DNA from: Lama glama
Taxonomy: Eukaryota
Assembly (NCBI GenBank): GCA_028534125.1
Contig: CM052817.1
Location: 100,504,001-100,568,000, forward strand
DNA length: 64,000 nt
Reading direction: 5' to 3'
Both the position numbers and the translations under genes were made by a program. The notes under the pieces were generated by a model, which did no database searches, was not told the DNA's origin, and was given only the letters and a program-made list of their open reading frames with translations. How positions within the stretch are numbered: the first letter of the stretch is position 1; every line of letters begins with the position of its first letter. Shown here piece by piece: positions 1 through 14,079 of the stretch.

Positions 1-719
1 TCCATCATCACTGTGTACAGAAGACATCAGAACCATTTCCATCACCCTTCCATGAACACCGTTTCAACAGCCTTATTGTGGGGAATCACCGCAAGTGTCA
101 ATCCTGCTAGTTCACCTCCAAAATTAACAAGACTTTCTGGAGGCGGCCTCGCCTCACCTGTCAAAACCATAACTCTGCCGAGCGTGGAACCCAAAGGCAT
201 CGAGGAGGATGAGCCCTTCACAGGTGGGAAAGCGATGGTGTCAGACCCAGGCCCCTTCTCTCGGCAAATACTGGGACTTGCTGTCAGGTCTAAATATATC
301 CTTTTAAGAAAATAGCTTAGTCCTTTCCTTAGCAGGTAGATATTGGCCTATATTTTCAATCTGGAGGTGGGGGTAGATCCTCTTTATGCAGCTGTTTTCT
401 GGCTGCAGGTTGAGCCTGCTGGCAGTGTGACGGTGTGTGTGCATAAGTGTGAATGCAGAATCCACTAAGTCCGGTAGCCTGTTCCCCAGGGGTATTGGAG
501 GGAGCTCTCACATGGGCAGCATAGCTGGGCTCCCATGGAATATGTGGTCTTAAACTAGGAATCTTTGACATTGACTTTGTGGGTTTCAATAAATTTCTCA
601 CCTACTCATAGAGAATGGGGAAAAGAGATATCGTCACTGCCCACAGGGTTAAACTAGGATGACTTTTCTGGAGGGGATGATAAATTGTGCTCTGTCCTAC
701 AAGATTCCTGAATGTGATT

Positions 720-925
720 AAAGATTTATTGATCGAGTGCTAGCTGCATTCATGTACAGCATCTCCTTTATTCCTCACACGTCAACCCCAGGAGGTACGA
801 ATGACAAGTTCCATCCTTGTGGACGGGAGAACTCAAGCTCAGAGAGACTACATGCCTAGCTCAAAGTCACCCGGAGAGTAGATGGCAGAGCTGGGATTTA
901 AACCTAGCATTCTAGGGCTCCTAAT
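720..925 (-). mobile_element. MIR SINE
   Basis: MIR core-like GAGAACTCAAGCTCAGAGAG...CAAAGTCAC...GGCAGAGCTGGGATTTAAACC. Confidence 0.6.
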
Positions 926-3900
926 CCCGTTCTTACCGCTACTGGTCATTGATTTATGCACGGCCCCCACCACGCAGTGTTCTGAGAATTTCAGTTGGGG
1001 AAAAGAAAGCAAGTTGAGGTCAAGCATGGGGCTAGCAATGGCTGGAGGAAACCGACTAGGGCAGCTGGCAAACCCCCTTCCCTTAGGGAGGAACCCACGG
1101 TCCCCTACAATGATGCAATTCAGGTACCCAGCGTCCAAGGTAAACAGCCCAGAGCCCAGTGTGAGGACTTCCGGACAGAGTGGGTCTCCATGAACAATGG
1201 GATCCTGGGTCTGCAAGGTGGAGTCTATCCAAGCTGAACTCAAAGATAGATGTCAGAGCCAGCTCTGGGGAACGCAGTGCACAGGAGCAAGGAGAGAAGA
1301 TGTGCTTCTAAGTCCATGGCTGGAGCTCACCCTGGTTCAGCTCCCCGAGGGAAGGTGGAGGGAGACAAGGCTCCATGGAACTGAACCTTGGGGTCTTGTT
1401 TATTCCTTCCCAGGTGCACCCAAGCCCACCTGTGACTGGTGCCTGGAGGAGGAGCCGTACAGTAACACCAGATTCAGGCAACGCTCCTGACCGCTTCCCA
1501 GATGCACCCTGCCTGTTTCTCCCGGCATTTTCCTCCTCAGTTCCCCACCCCAGCAGCCTCCTTGGGGCCCTGTGCCTCAGAACCCACTAGACTCTCCTCT
1601 TCTGCCTCTTAGATCTTCGATCCCCGACCTGATTTCTTGCTCCCTGCAACTCCCAACTTCAGTCTCCTGTTGTAATCATCCATTTTGAGCTAAAGTAACT
1701 TGGAAGCAAAAATGGGAAAATGATATCATTTTCCTGGCCTAGTACACAAATATTACTAAAATTGCAGCCAATGGGAATATTTGTGATCCCGTGCCCGGTG
1801 GGAAGTTCACTGGAATTGTCTGATGGGACTTCATAATAATTATGAGAGTTCTTCCAGTGGGTTTAAATGTTTGAGAGGATAGAGTTGGATTTTATAACTT
1901 ATGATGTAGGTTTCCATTTCAGAGACAAAGTAAAGTGACATGGTGAGTGTATTTTTACAGGGAGGTAAATCGAATTTGATTTGATGAGGTTTGAGGTGAG
2001 GGAGCATGGTATGAAACGTTGCTTGACAGTTTGGTTCAAGAATGGAATAGTTAAACGCTTGATTGCCTGAGGCTTCACATTGTTCTTGTTGAGTCTTTGT
2101 GCTGAGAACCACAGCTAAGTCGACTGAGCCAGACTATCAAAGGGAAACAGGATGTCCCGCTTCACAGTGACGTGGTCTTTATTTACAGACACCCCCGGGT
2201 AAGAAGCCTAGGAGAGCCGCAGCAGGCAGCAGGACCCTCCTGGAGACACCCCGGGAGCAAGGCACAGAGTCCCCCTCTTCCCGAGGGGTGCTGCTCCAGC
2301 TCGTTCTGTAAGGAGACAAGGATCAAGCCAACAATGAGCAGAGGCAGGACAATGGGGGACTGATACGGCCGGAGCAGCCTTTGGGGAGGAGTCTTTTCGG
2401 GGGAGGGACATGGGAGGGGACATAATTGCTTTACAGAACCTTGTGAGTTCCAGTGTCATCCTGTCCGGTCCCAGACTGTGAATGCCCACATCAGTGCCAA
2501 ACTCCGGAGGAGCCTTCATGAATCTGCCTTGCCCTGTCTGCCCTGAGCGCCCACTGCTTTCTGGGATGAAAGAGCAGAGAGAGGTTCTGTTGCCCTGGGA
2601 CTTGCTGTTTGGATTCTCCTGCTGTCTTGGAAGACCTGCCCCCTGACAGGGCCCAGGAGACAGGGGAGGGGGGTGGTTCTGTGCTGTGCTGTGTATAAAA
2701 TGCTGTGCTGACCATAAAGGGGAAAGATATGGGAAGCTACACACAGGAAGCACACAGTTTAGTTTTCTAGAACTTCCTTCTATGGTCGTTTTCTTCCAGA
2801 ATCATTTTATAATTATTTCCCCAATAACTCTGTGAGGAATTTATCTGACATTACATTAAGTCTAAACATCATTCTGGGCAGAAGGGACAACTGCACGACA
2901 CCTGCTTGTCCCTCCAAGGGCAGCGTGACTGGCCACTCTCCCTCGAGTTTTCTTTGACCTTTTATGAAGTTTGTCATTTTCCTTCATACAGGGCACACAC
3001 ATTTTTCTAAAGAGAGCTGCTTCTAAGTAATGTTCTGTCTTGTTAATGTTTTTATTCTTTCAACAATATTGTGCAAGGCACTAGGAATTTAGCAGTAAGC
3101 AAGTCACCCTCTACTCTACCTTCAGGATTCGGTCTGGTGGAGAAGCTTGCAGCCTAGAAAGAAAGAGAGACGCTCAAGCAATAATTGGTAATTTCAACGG
3201 ACAAGATAAGAATGGGGTTCTCAGCAAGCACACGACGGGGGGCGCCTGGCCAGTATAAGGGATCTGAGGAGCCCTTTCTGTGAGCTTAATGTCTACAGTT
3301 CCATCTGATCCACAGCCTGAAAAAGCCCCACAGAGAGGAGAGGTAGTTCCGGCCACTTTGTTCTGTGTATTTTCCTGATAGAACATTCCAAGTATACAGG
3401 AATGTTATTGAATAGTATTGACTTGTGTATCCTCTCCTTTTACCTGACCTTTATACGAAATCATTTTATTAATTCTAATATCTTTTTAGTTAATTTCTTT
3501 GGGTGGTCCTGGTAAATAATCTCACTATTTGCAAATTTAATCTTTTCAAAGGCTATTTATAATTTTAATTTTTCCACCTCTTGTTCCAAGTTGATTTTCT
3601 GGTAGACTACATAGCGTTTCCATCTGTTTGTCCTAATGTACAAATGGCACGTGTTACCTCCTACCTGGTATCCCATAATATGATGAACAAGCCCACGGTC
3701 ACCCCACTTCTACCTTCTGTGGGAAACAGTGCAATCACAGACTAAGAGCGAAAATGCATGGAGTGGAACAGACAGGTAGCCGCTCCCTCTTGTTTCATCA
3801 GGAAAGTCCAAAAGAATTTCCGTCCTGGGGACCACAGAGAGGGCCATTTGATTGACAGTGTGAGGCTCTTGTGACATCACACAAGAGCAGACTCCAGAAA

Positions 3901-5056
3901 AAGCCAGGTGCTTCTGAGTACAATAATGGCAGGGGCTAATGTTATGGAAGGGGCAGGAACAAAGCTTTTCTAATAGGAGCAATGCCATTTCCTTCATGTA
4001 AGTTAAGATCGTGTCCTCTCCAAGACAAGGTAAACCTTACCTAGGTGAGCTGTGCTTACCTCCTAGGGGAGCTGCTGGGGAAGCAGCCGCTGCAGACTGA
4101 GTTAGCATCAGCACACCCTCCATTACTCTCACTGCTGCTGCTGAAATCCATTGTCTCCCCAGGATGAGTCGGCAAGACATGGGAAGGGATGGGGGTGGAA
4201 CTTCTTGCTCCTATGAGGAAGCCTGGGGCCTCCCAGGGAAGAGGATAAAGATGACGGACCAAGCGACTTGAAAAAGGAGACTTCATGGACATGGGGCATC
4301 AAAGAGAGAGTTGAATGGGAAGGAGCATCCGTGGTGGGTACCCTTCTCCCGTGACTCAGGTCTGGAAGGGCCGTTCCTTATGTTGGACAAAGGTGCTGAT
4401 TGCACTGAGGAAGTTTCCTACCTCTGGTCCACCATACTGGTTACTAATCTGAGAACTTCCTGACAGATCAGGAGAGAACTTCTTTTATCTCCCTGGGGTT
4501 CCTGCCTGTCTGGTCTGGGGGATGAAGAGGTGGAGTGACTCCAAGAAGGCCTGGGCTTCCCCTGCCTCACTCTTCCTAAGGATCATAACGCTGACTCAAC
4601 ACGGGAGTCAAAGATGAGCCCAGATTGCACTGTTCACTGGCTGGAGACTCCCTTGTAGACAGAAAACAAGGGGGCCTGTCATATTCCAGTTACAAGTCAT
4701 GAACATATTAGAAAAAGTAAGAGTCAGATCCCAGCAGGCCAGCTTCCGTACCACCTGGAGGGCTCACCAAGGCCAGCCACGTGACTGTTGGGGGCATTCC
4801 AGAGCAAAGTTCCATTGTTAGTGGAAGTCTGATTCCCTGACCCTCTTGGGACTGAATGAGAAGCCAACTCATCCCTACCAACAAGCCTCTTCTGGAGAAG
4901 CTGGCCAACCCCACATCAGTTCTGCATCCTGCTAACACTCTGTCTATGACAGAAAGACTTATATATTATTCATTTCTTTGAATCCTCACAACAGGATTAT
5001 TAAGGTAGGTATTTGTGATCCCAGTTTTACAGACGAAGAAACAGACTCAAAGAGGT

Positions 5057-5655
5057 TGTAGCAGATACCGTCAGTTGCTGACTCAACAGCTGCTCACCTC
5101 TCATCTCCCTTTCTGACAGAACCCTGGCTTTACTTAGATACCTGTTCTTCCCTGTGTGGCCAGGCACTTCAGGGGTCCCATTGCCAGCCTGGCAGGGAGG
5201 AGGAGGAAACTCTGATTTATCTGAGCCAATCATGATGAGTCCTTTCCTTCCCTTTGCCAGCGATTGGTTTAGAGGTGGCATGAGACAAACTTCTGGCCAA
5301 TAGGATGTGATGCTGTATCTCCAGGAGAGCTCCCAGGAAATGCTTTCTTGCTGGTAAAAAAGATAAGCCCTCTGCTGCCGTTGCACACTGTTGGGTATGA
5401 GTGGGATTCCTGGAAATGAGGCAGCCGTCTGGCCATCACAGGGCTCTGCTAGGAGCCCAGGCCAGTCCCCAGGGGATGGCAGAGGAAAACGCTGGACAGA
5501 ATCTGGGCTCTTCAGTTTCAGTGATGAGCTACTGAATCCAACATCCCTGCAGTTACCTTAAATCAGAACTTCTTATTAGAGGTTATTAAACATTATTCAG
5601 TCATTCTGGGTTGGAATTTTTCTTATTTGCAGCCAAAAGCAGGTTGACAGATAGA
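5057..5655 (+). mobile_element. MaLR LTR (MLT1J/K-like) splitting a MIR
   Basis: Motifs AGCCAATCATG, GATTGGTTTAGAGGTGGCATGAGAC, TTCTGGCCAAT, TTATTTGCAGCCAAAAGC; MIR continues on both sides (~4970-5056, ~5656-5745). Confidence 0.7.
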
Positions 5656-7344
5656 GAAGGTGAGTGACTTGCCTGAGGTCACACAGCTTGTAAGCCCTCA
5701 AGCTTAGATAAAATTCCAGGTCCGTAGGATTTACCAAAACCATCCTCTTTCTACTCGGCTGGGGTGGACCACAAAGGAAAGAACAATTTTACAGGATCCA
5801 CTAAGCTGTTTCTGTGCATAGGAGTTCGCTGTTAGTCAGGCATCTGTTGACTAGTTGGACTAAAAAAAGACTCCGTGAAAATGATTTTTTTTAAAATATG
5901 AAACAAATCTCCTTCTCTCTCCCCATTGTGCTTTTCTGCTGCGAAGCATCACAACTGCTTCTTCTTCTGCCCATCATGTCAAGATAACAGGATTTAATTA
6001 GCAAATTTATACACCACCAGCATGGCATCAGTGCATTGGCCAGGGTGAAACTGAACGCAGCTATTAGGAAAAGAGATGCCACGTCCACACAGTGACAGCA
6101 CACGCAGAGACGACGGTTTTATTTACTTTATCGCCTTGCAGGAAGCAGTTAAGCCATTGCAAAGTGATTATTGGGTTTTAATGATCCAGGACATTAAAAG
6201 ATATTTCCCCCAGCGACATTGACATTGTACCTCAGGTAAAGGAGGCGATAAATTCAAGAAATAATGGCCTATTTTTGGCAACCCCTCCCCACTCATTCAT
6301 GATGGGCCCCAAGGTGGCTGTTCTCCTGTCAGCCTGGACCACTGGCTGCTCCCGGATCCCTCCAGATGGGATACGGATGGCCCTTGAATGGGCGATTTTT
6401 GAACTTCTAATTTCTCCACCAGCAACCTCGCTGGCTGGTAGCTACGGTCCAGGTACATAAGAGTGTGAACAGTGCTCCCTCTTCCCAGGGGCTGTCTCCT
6501 GGATTTACAGAGGACAACTCGGTCGGCCATTCACTGGAGCCTCCTGATATGGTCAGAATCAACCCAGCCTCCAAATACTTCACCGGCCCCCGATATTTGG
6601 GGTAAGAACTGTACTCTAGAGCTGTTTCCTTGGAGCTGTGAAGAAAATAACAACTTTGGTCACCATTTTCCGAGTGACACGTCCCCCTCCGCCCCCAAGC
6701 ATGTTGGTGCACGGCTGAGTTTTGCAGACATTTTGGGACTTTTCTGCTGAGCTTAGTGAGAGTATCACATTTGGATGCAGTTATAATAAGGTCGCAGTAT
6801 CAGAGGTGATTTTATGACTTAAGTGAGGCCTTTGTTCTTTATCCTGGGGGAAAAAAACTCCTGGACAACCTAGCCCAGAGTGCTCTCCGGAAATTGCATT
6901 TTTCTAGGAGGTCAGGGCCCCGACACCTGGGCTGCTGGAAGGGGGCCTGGGGCGCAGCAGGTGTGAGTAGGTGTTATGATGCTGATGTGGGAGGAGGAGG
7001 AGAAATCCGGGTTGGAGCTTGTAAGAGGGAAGACGTTGGTGCCCTTGTCACAAAGGTGCTAAGACACCAGGGGGACAAGGGATATTGAGGGAGTCCCTGA
7101 GGACAAGAGAGGCCAGCGTGGCCATCCGCTGGATAAGGGCGCCCCAAGGTCAACTCAAGGCCTCAGAAATAAAGGCCATTGCTTACTACACACCCTAGTA
7201 GTACTTACAAACACAGATACGGAGACAGGCAGATTCTAGAAGGATTCATCTCTTGAGCCCTTCACATCTTCCAGAAGAAAAAGAAAAGAAAGCTCATCTG
7301 TGAGAAAAATGCCTTTGGAGAAGTAGGTCAGCAGCAGGTCACAG

Positions 7345-7550
7345 CCAGGGGCTGGAGCCAGCCCGTCTAGGTCATAGCCCGTCTCCCTGCATGAAAGCTG
7401 AGCCATTGGAGACAAATTCCTGTGCTTCTCTAAGCCTCAGTTCCCATAGCTGTGAAATGGGTATAATATTAGCACTCGCCTCTTAGAACAGCTATGAGAA
7501 TCGAAAGAGCATGTATTTAAAACAGAGTGCCTGGCACCCTTGACGATGGT
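7345..7550 (+). mobile_element. MIR SINE
   Basis: CTTCTCTAAGCCTCAGTTCCCATAGCTGTGAAATGGG...AACAGAGTGCCTGGCAC. Confidence 0.65.
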
Positions 7551-10477
7551 CAGCCAGCCTTAGGCATTTCCCAGGGCAACTCTGTGGACCCAGTCCAGTG
7601 CCGAAGGAGGAAACCCCAGAGAGTCGCATCAGGGGCTCACAGAGACCACTCTGGTGGCCCCACCATGTTCTGGTTGGTCTGAGTGGCTTGGGAAGAGAAG
7701 GCGCAGGAGGGGAGCACATCCAGAAATCTTTCCAGGCTCTCAGAGAGCAGGGAGCTTCAGGCTGCACCACCCCAGAGATCAGACTTGAGTCCCCCTGCAG
7801 GGAGACACTGGCAGTAGCCCAGCGAAGTCCTTTCCCCTGATGAGGGCCGAGCAAGGGCAGGTGCTGCCCGGAAAAGCTCTGAGCTCGCGTCTTCAAAGTG
7901 GTTTTCAAGTAAATAACCCTTAGGAGAACAGGAGTGAGCCTTTGCCTCAGGGAAGGTTGGAGCCAAAGTGGGAAGCAATGGTGCAGTGCTGGCATTGGAT
8001 GCCCTGCATGGAGCCAGGCTGGAACCAGGTGACCCACACCTGGGGCACAATGTCTGCAGCTCAACTGCGTGCAGCACAGCCTGAGTGCCAGGCGGGCCCA
8101 GGGCCGAGGGCTCCACACACAGTCACTGGCTCTGTCCCCACGACACCGACAGGCACCCTGGAGAGGACACAGGCGCAAGGGTGGTAAGTCACTTGCCCAG
8201 AGTTGCAGTTACTAGAATACAGAGCCAGGATCCAAATCCAGTACAGTTAACTTTGGAGCCTGTGAGCTGACCACCACTCCGCACGGCTCCAGCCGAGGCG
8301 GGGCTGGCCATTCCCTGTCTCCGTGCTGCCTGTGGCCACGGTCTCTGGTGACAGAGTGGACAGGAGCCGGCAGACCTGAGGAGCAGGCGGCGGCCGGGGT
8401 GGGCAGATTGGCAGGTAGTTGGGGACCACACGTCCCTCCATCACAGCGAGAGAAGACCCTGCCGGGCCCAGGAGGGCTCTGGGAAGTTTCTCTAGCATCA
8501 CTGGCTGGTTGTTGCTTTGCGTGCCTACTGCTTTCTGCAGGTGGTAGGTACCTTATCCCCCATACCAGGTTGGGTGAACCTTCCCCCGCAGCCCTCCCCC
8601 AACTTGGCGGCTCCCTCCCCTCCCCCTACTTTACCACATGGAGGTCGGAGTCATTGACAGCAAGTGGGTGAGAAGAAACAGAGAAAGCAGAATCACGAAA
8701 TGAAACCCTCAGGGCAGCAACAATTAATATTTAACTTGAAAATTGCCTGGGACAGAAAGTGCAGGCTATTCATACGCAAATCATACGCAAATCATATGCA
8801 AACAGCTCCACACCTCCACACCTCCACACCCAGCCACTGTAATTATTCTGTAAACCTGTCTGGCCAGCTCTAAGGGCAGCTCGAGGCCCCGTTCTGGTCC
8901 TGCCCCCACTGCAGGAGGGCTCCCACGCCAGGACCAGGTGGCAGGCTCAGGTGACACCAGCTTGCCCCAGGATTCCTCAGGGCAAAGCCCCTTCTAAGTC
9001 TGAGCTCGTGCTCCTCCCACCAGGGAGAGTTCCTGGTTGTGCATCACAGCGCCCATCACCCCGCCCCAGCAGTGTCTTCAAATGCGAGGCCTCTGCTCCA
9101 CCCTCCCTGTCCAGGCAAGACTCAGCACAGCTGCAGGGTCAGGGCGAGCCCGCTCTGATGCGGGGGTGGGGCTCTCCTGAGCATGTGCCAGGGCCCCCCC
9201 TGAGCTTCCCGTTGTACCGTTCAGATCACCCAGGGCCAGCCCCCAGTGGGAGTAACCAGGAGCCTGGGGTTCTCCTGCAGGGTTGGGCAACCTGGGCCTT
9301 CCAGGCCTGAGACCACAGACTTGGGGTGAGGGGCAAGAAGTGGCCCTTGAAGCCTGTGCTCACCCCTGCCCTCGGGGCCCACAGCCGAGAAGGGAGAGGA
9401 GGAGCATCTCAGACAAAGGCCCCAGGGGCAGTTCCCAGCCAGCCCGGTCCTGCAGTCGGCCCTTCAGTCCACCCACTAGCCTTCATCTCTGCCTGCATCC
9501 CTCACTCCGATGCTTCAAGGTCTAGGAGGACAGGGACCTGATATTATAGATTCTGTGCCTGAGGCTCCGGCATGGCAGGGCCTGCCTCATATGCTGGAGA
9601 GAAGCGCCTTTGAAGAGTTCAGCCCACGTTCAGTACCTAATCAGTAATAACTGCCCTTGACAGTAAATGTTGAAATGTCGTGTCCTTCCTGGGTCCCCAG
9701 AGCCCGGAGCAGCGTGTTGGGAGGCAGAGGCCACTCTGGGCCATCCCCACCATTCCCATGCCTAGAGACGGACAGGACAGGCTGATGGTGAGGGAGTGAG
9801 CAGGCCTGTGTGCCCTGCCGGACAGCCCAGACAAGTCCTGCTGCTGCCCCCAAAGACACCGATGGTCCAGCTGACAAGATACACCAGGACTGGCCTTGCC
9901 TGGTTTTGTGATACCGTGGCCGCAGGGTGAGGGCAATGAGGCAGCAGTGATATTTATGCATCGAAGAGTGGGTCTCTTTAAGAACGCCCCTGGAGGAGGA
10001 GTGGAGATTTACCCGTTGGAGTGGGAGTTAAAGGAAGAGAGAAGAGAGAACAGCTCAAGGTTTGGAATGAGCTTGGGCTGAAACACCCACGTGGCCGGAG
10101 GCAGTGCAAGCTCAGGTCCGGAGGAGAATAAGCTGGGCTTGGAAGCTGTGTCCTGGGCAGCTCATCCCGTGACAATTATCTGATGTGATAATTCCTGATA
10201 CAGCAACAGCCGGGACAACCGGGTCACTCATTTCACCAAACAGTTACTGAGCATCTGTGTGTCCAGCTAGGTCCTCGCCCTAAAACAAAGCTTTCCATAC
10301 CCTTGGAAGAGAGTGGTCCCCAGATAAAGCCTTGACTGACCACCCACTTTGAGAGGAAAAATTAAGACATTTACTGCACCAGACATACATAAGGAGGTAA
10401 AAAGTGAGGGAAAAGTGCATCCCATTTTTAGAAATATTAAATTTTAGGGGGAAATGTGCATCTGAGATCTGAAGAAC

Positions 10478-10690
10478 TATAATGTAATTTACAGTAATAT
10501 ATTATTACTATATAATATAAATATATAATATAATATATAATATACACTATATATAATATATGTGATATACCACATATAATAATATATAATAGTATACATA
10601 ATGATATGTAGCATATAACAATATATATTATATATAGTGTATAACATACAATAATATATAATATAAACAGAGATAGTAATATAATAATAA
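10478..10690. repeat. AT-rich low-complexity degenerate (TA)n tract
   Basis: About 210 bp mostly of TATA/ATAAT variants within a GC-richer context. Confidence 0.9.
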
Positions 10691-11077
10691 AGGGCACTTT
10701 ATTTTTATTACAACCTCCTGGTTGCAAAGAAGAAAAACTCGGTCACAGAGGCTCAAGAGCAAGGCCATGCAGCAGTTTCATGACAGTGAACGGCCAGATA
10801 CACCTCTGGACCCTGCGGGAACTGTGCTGGGACTAGGGTGCCGTTGAGGGCGGCAACATATCCCCCTCCCCAGGATCTGCCTTCTCAGCATCCTTCTCAC
10901 TGCACTTGGCTCCACGCTCCTCTCTTTAGTTTCCTCTTCTTCCCCGGGGTCTGCGTTTGGGCTGGCCATGGCTTGGACTGTGGCCATGACCTTTGGGCCC
11001 TCCCACAGCTAGTTCCCAGGGTCTCCATTCCAAATTCCTGGGAAAGAACGTCGGTGGGCTCCGGGCATTTGTTTGGC

Positions 11078-11410
11078 TATCAATCAGAATACTTCAGCGA
11101 GGGGACCCCAAATAAGAGTTGGCTTAAAGAAGAGTGTTTGTTTCGCTCTTGGGAGATGGGAGAGTCTGTCTGCCACAGCAGCTCTGCTCTGCAAAGTTGT
11201 CTGAGATCTAGGCTCCTCCCACCTTGCTGCTCTGTCGGCCAAGGGTGGCGACTTTGCCTAAATGGTCCAAGATCGCTCACCACCACTTCTGCACTGCAGG
11301 AGCCCTGAAATGGCATGCATCACCTCCACTCCCATGGCCAGAATTTATCCACGTAACTGAGCCTGGCTTCAAAGTTGCCCAGAAAATGTCTCTTTGCTAG
11401 GCAGTCAGTG
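11078..11410 (-). mobile_element. MLT1-type MaLR LTR remnant
   Basis: Degenerate MLT1 motifs (GGCTTAAA; GCATCACCTCCACTCCCATGGCCAGAATTT). Confidence 0.5.
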
Positions 11411-13439
11411 GGAGGGAAGCAGCTGTCTTGGATGTACGCAGGTCAGTCATGGTGATGGGAAGCAGGGAGAACCCAGAGGGCCTGCGTGGTGGAAACATGG
11501 TGGCCTGGGCCCTCCCTGCAGCAGAGCCAGTGAGGAGACTGGGACCCAGTGCTCACCCAGTACAAGCCCACCCTTTGCTGAATCCACACTCGGCCCTGCA
11601 CTATACACAGTACAGTTATGTAGCCAGACCTCCCACTTGCAAAAGCATGGAGGGTAAACATTTAGGGACCGGACCTGGGAGAGAGGACACCCCCTAGGGC
11701 CAGCAGCATGGGAGAGCCTTGGGAGTTTCATCTCAGAGAAAACACTTTATCTATTTGAGCCAAGGAGAGTGTATTACATTTCAGTTTTGGGGAAGGAGAA
11801 AAGAGAAAACAGGAGAGACAGAGAAGGGGCAATTTACAGGGGTCAAGTTCAAATAAAAGGACTTTTCTGTGAGTGTCAGTAAACTCTCTTACTCTCAGGT
11901 TCCTCCTCTAGATAAAAAGCGTTCATGAGAAAACTGGCTCCCGTTTGAGAAGCATCTCTGGGACCAGAATGTGCAGACCAGTTGGAGACATGGAAACACT
12001 ATTAATAGTGCGGCTGGGCAAAGCCAAGCTCCAGAAGTGTGAAATGCTTCTTCAGGGAGCTGACAGGTCCTTTGAGAGCCCAGGGCATCTCTGACTGGAA
12101 CTTAGTCATCTTGGCCGACACCTCAGATGTGACCTCTGGGGCCCTGTGTAAGGTGGGCGCAGGTGACCCAAGTGCAGCCCTCCGTGAAGTCCCTCCTTTT
12201 CCCGCACTGGGCACAGGGCAGGTCCTTGGTTCTCTGTATATCATATTTATTGGGTTTTTTCCCCCTGATTACAGAAGAAATAGACAATTGTCATAAAAAG
12301 TGTTTTTTGAAGATAGAGAATGGCACAAAAGAAGACTGAAAGCCACCTGTAATCCTATCATCCTGAAATAACCATTAACATTTTACAGTAACACACTATT
12401 GGTTTTACCTATGCATGTATTTGCATATATTTGCATATATCAAATTCAGATTTTACCAAATCCTTACTCTGTAACCTGCTTGCTTCGCTTAATGATACCT
12501 TACAATTTCCCACATCGTCAGGGGGCCTTTGGTCATCTCATTTTTAACAGCTCAGCTCATTTTCATGTAAGGATGCACAACAATTTAACTTGGACGTTTA
12601 GGTTAGTTCTATTTTTTGTTTATTTATTTTATTTTGCTACTATAAATATTGTTGCACTTCCATTATGATTATGGGAAGTTAAATTCTTAGGTCAAAGTTG
12701 TTGTTTTGTAAGTTTTAGACACACATCACCAGAGTGTGAATATTCAAGTAGTGCTCGAAGAAGGCAGATGAAGGCCAGAGGTCCACACCGGGCGTCAGGG
12801 GGTGGAGAAGGCGGTGTAGACTGAGGACACTAACTCACTTCTGATACCACGAAGGGGCGGTTCCTCAAGCCTGGAATTAGGTGGACCCCATCTCCCTCAG
12901 CAACCCCTGCTCCAGGTCCGAAAAGTCCCTTAATGATCTATAGAAGATTTCTCTTCTGTGACTATATTGGACCCATCTTAGGGATTCTGGCAAATCTTGA
13001 TCTGGCCTACAGCCATTATTTCTGAAAGCCAGACTTTTGACAGAAGTACATTAAACCTTGTTAAAAAATAGCATTTTTAGTTCATGCTATCATCATCGTT
13101 ACTTATTCACATGTGTTGACGGGGGAGTGGGCGGAAGGGTGATGTTTATGTTGGCATGGCAACTGGCAACTCACTGAACTCCCTTCACAGTCCATGGCGG
13201 CTTCTCTGACTTACCAGGGCCAGAAATGGATGTTTTTCCCTATGTGTCGTTGGCTTAATGGTAGAGAACAGATTACCCACTCATGACCTAACCCTTTTCT
13301 ATTCTGTTGATATTTTCAGTTTGTGCCGCCTTCGGGGCCAGTGAGTTTTGCGAGTTTACTTCCCACCTGTGAAGTCAGCTTTCTTTTCATCTACAGTTAC
13401 CTCTTTTAGACTGTGCAACATGCTCCCTAATTATTAGAA

Positions 13440-13655
13440 TAGCTAATACCATGGTACTATGGTACCAGGCACTCTACAAAGTGCTTTGTATATGTTACCT
13501 CTTTTAATCCTTAAAGATTGGATGTGGATACTGTCATTACCATCTTTTCTTAAACGGATGAGGAAACTGAAGCAGAGGTCAAGGGGCTTGCTGTAGCATA
13601 CAGAGTTCACAAGATGAGGATGTTAGCCTGAGCGGCTGGACTCCTGGGGCTGAGG
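13440..13655 (-). mobile_element. MIR SINE
   Basis: CCAGGCACTCTACAAAGTGCTTT...GGATGAGGAAACTGAAGCAGAGG. Confidence 0.65.
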
Positions 13656-14079
13656 GTCCACCCCCTCCCCACCCTGGAGTCCAGGGCATACAGGGTCTTC
13701 TCCTTCTGTTATGGGATCTGGATCTGGATCTGGGATTGAATGGACCAGTCCATGGTCAAGCATGAGTTTCTGTCTCATGCTATAGTCCTTGAATCTATTC
13801 TTTCTCAGACGTTCTAGGCTGGAAAATGTGCACACATCCACCTGTCTTCATGTAAAGGTTTATTCCTTTATTTGCCTGGTTTAACAAGTCCCAGAAATTT
13901 AAACAAGATTTTCCTCTCCTTTCTTTTAGTCACACAAATAGTACACGAACCTCATCAGCTCTCAGTTCCTTCACCTATAAAAGGTAAGATCTAAAAGCTG
14001 GCTCATATGAGGATGGTGAAGATGTTATGGGAAGAGCCTGGCAGGACCCAGGACTTTTTACTAAATCTGTTAAAAAGGA

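Noticed and set aside
1840..2112. G/T-skewed tract with a 90-aa minus ORF, considered as a NUMT or processed pseudogene
   Set aside because: No mitochondrial or known protein similarity recognised; no poly(A) tail or TSD; a BLAST search would settle it
7492..8178. 228-aa minus-strand ORF and other long ORFs in GC-rich intergenic DNA (2208-2753, 20777-21310, 33030-33614)
   Set aside because: No recognisable domain, many start at non-ATG codons, P/G/S/R-rich composition expected by chance in GC-rich DNA, and one end overlaps a MIR
8770..8829. Short direct repeats as a CRISPR-like array
   Set aside because: Head-to-tail 11- and 8-mers without spacers in mammalian DNA; no cas genes
10437..10727. 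Hydrophobic Ile/Tyr-rich 96-aa ORF
   Set aside because: Translation artefact of the TA-rich low-complexity tract
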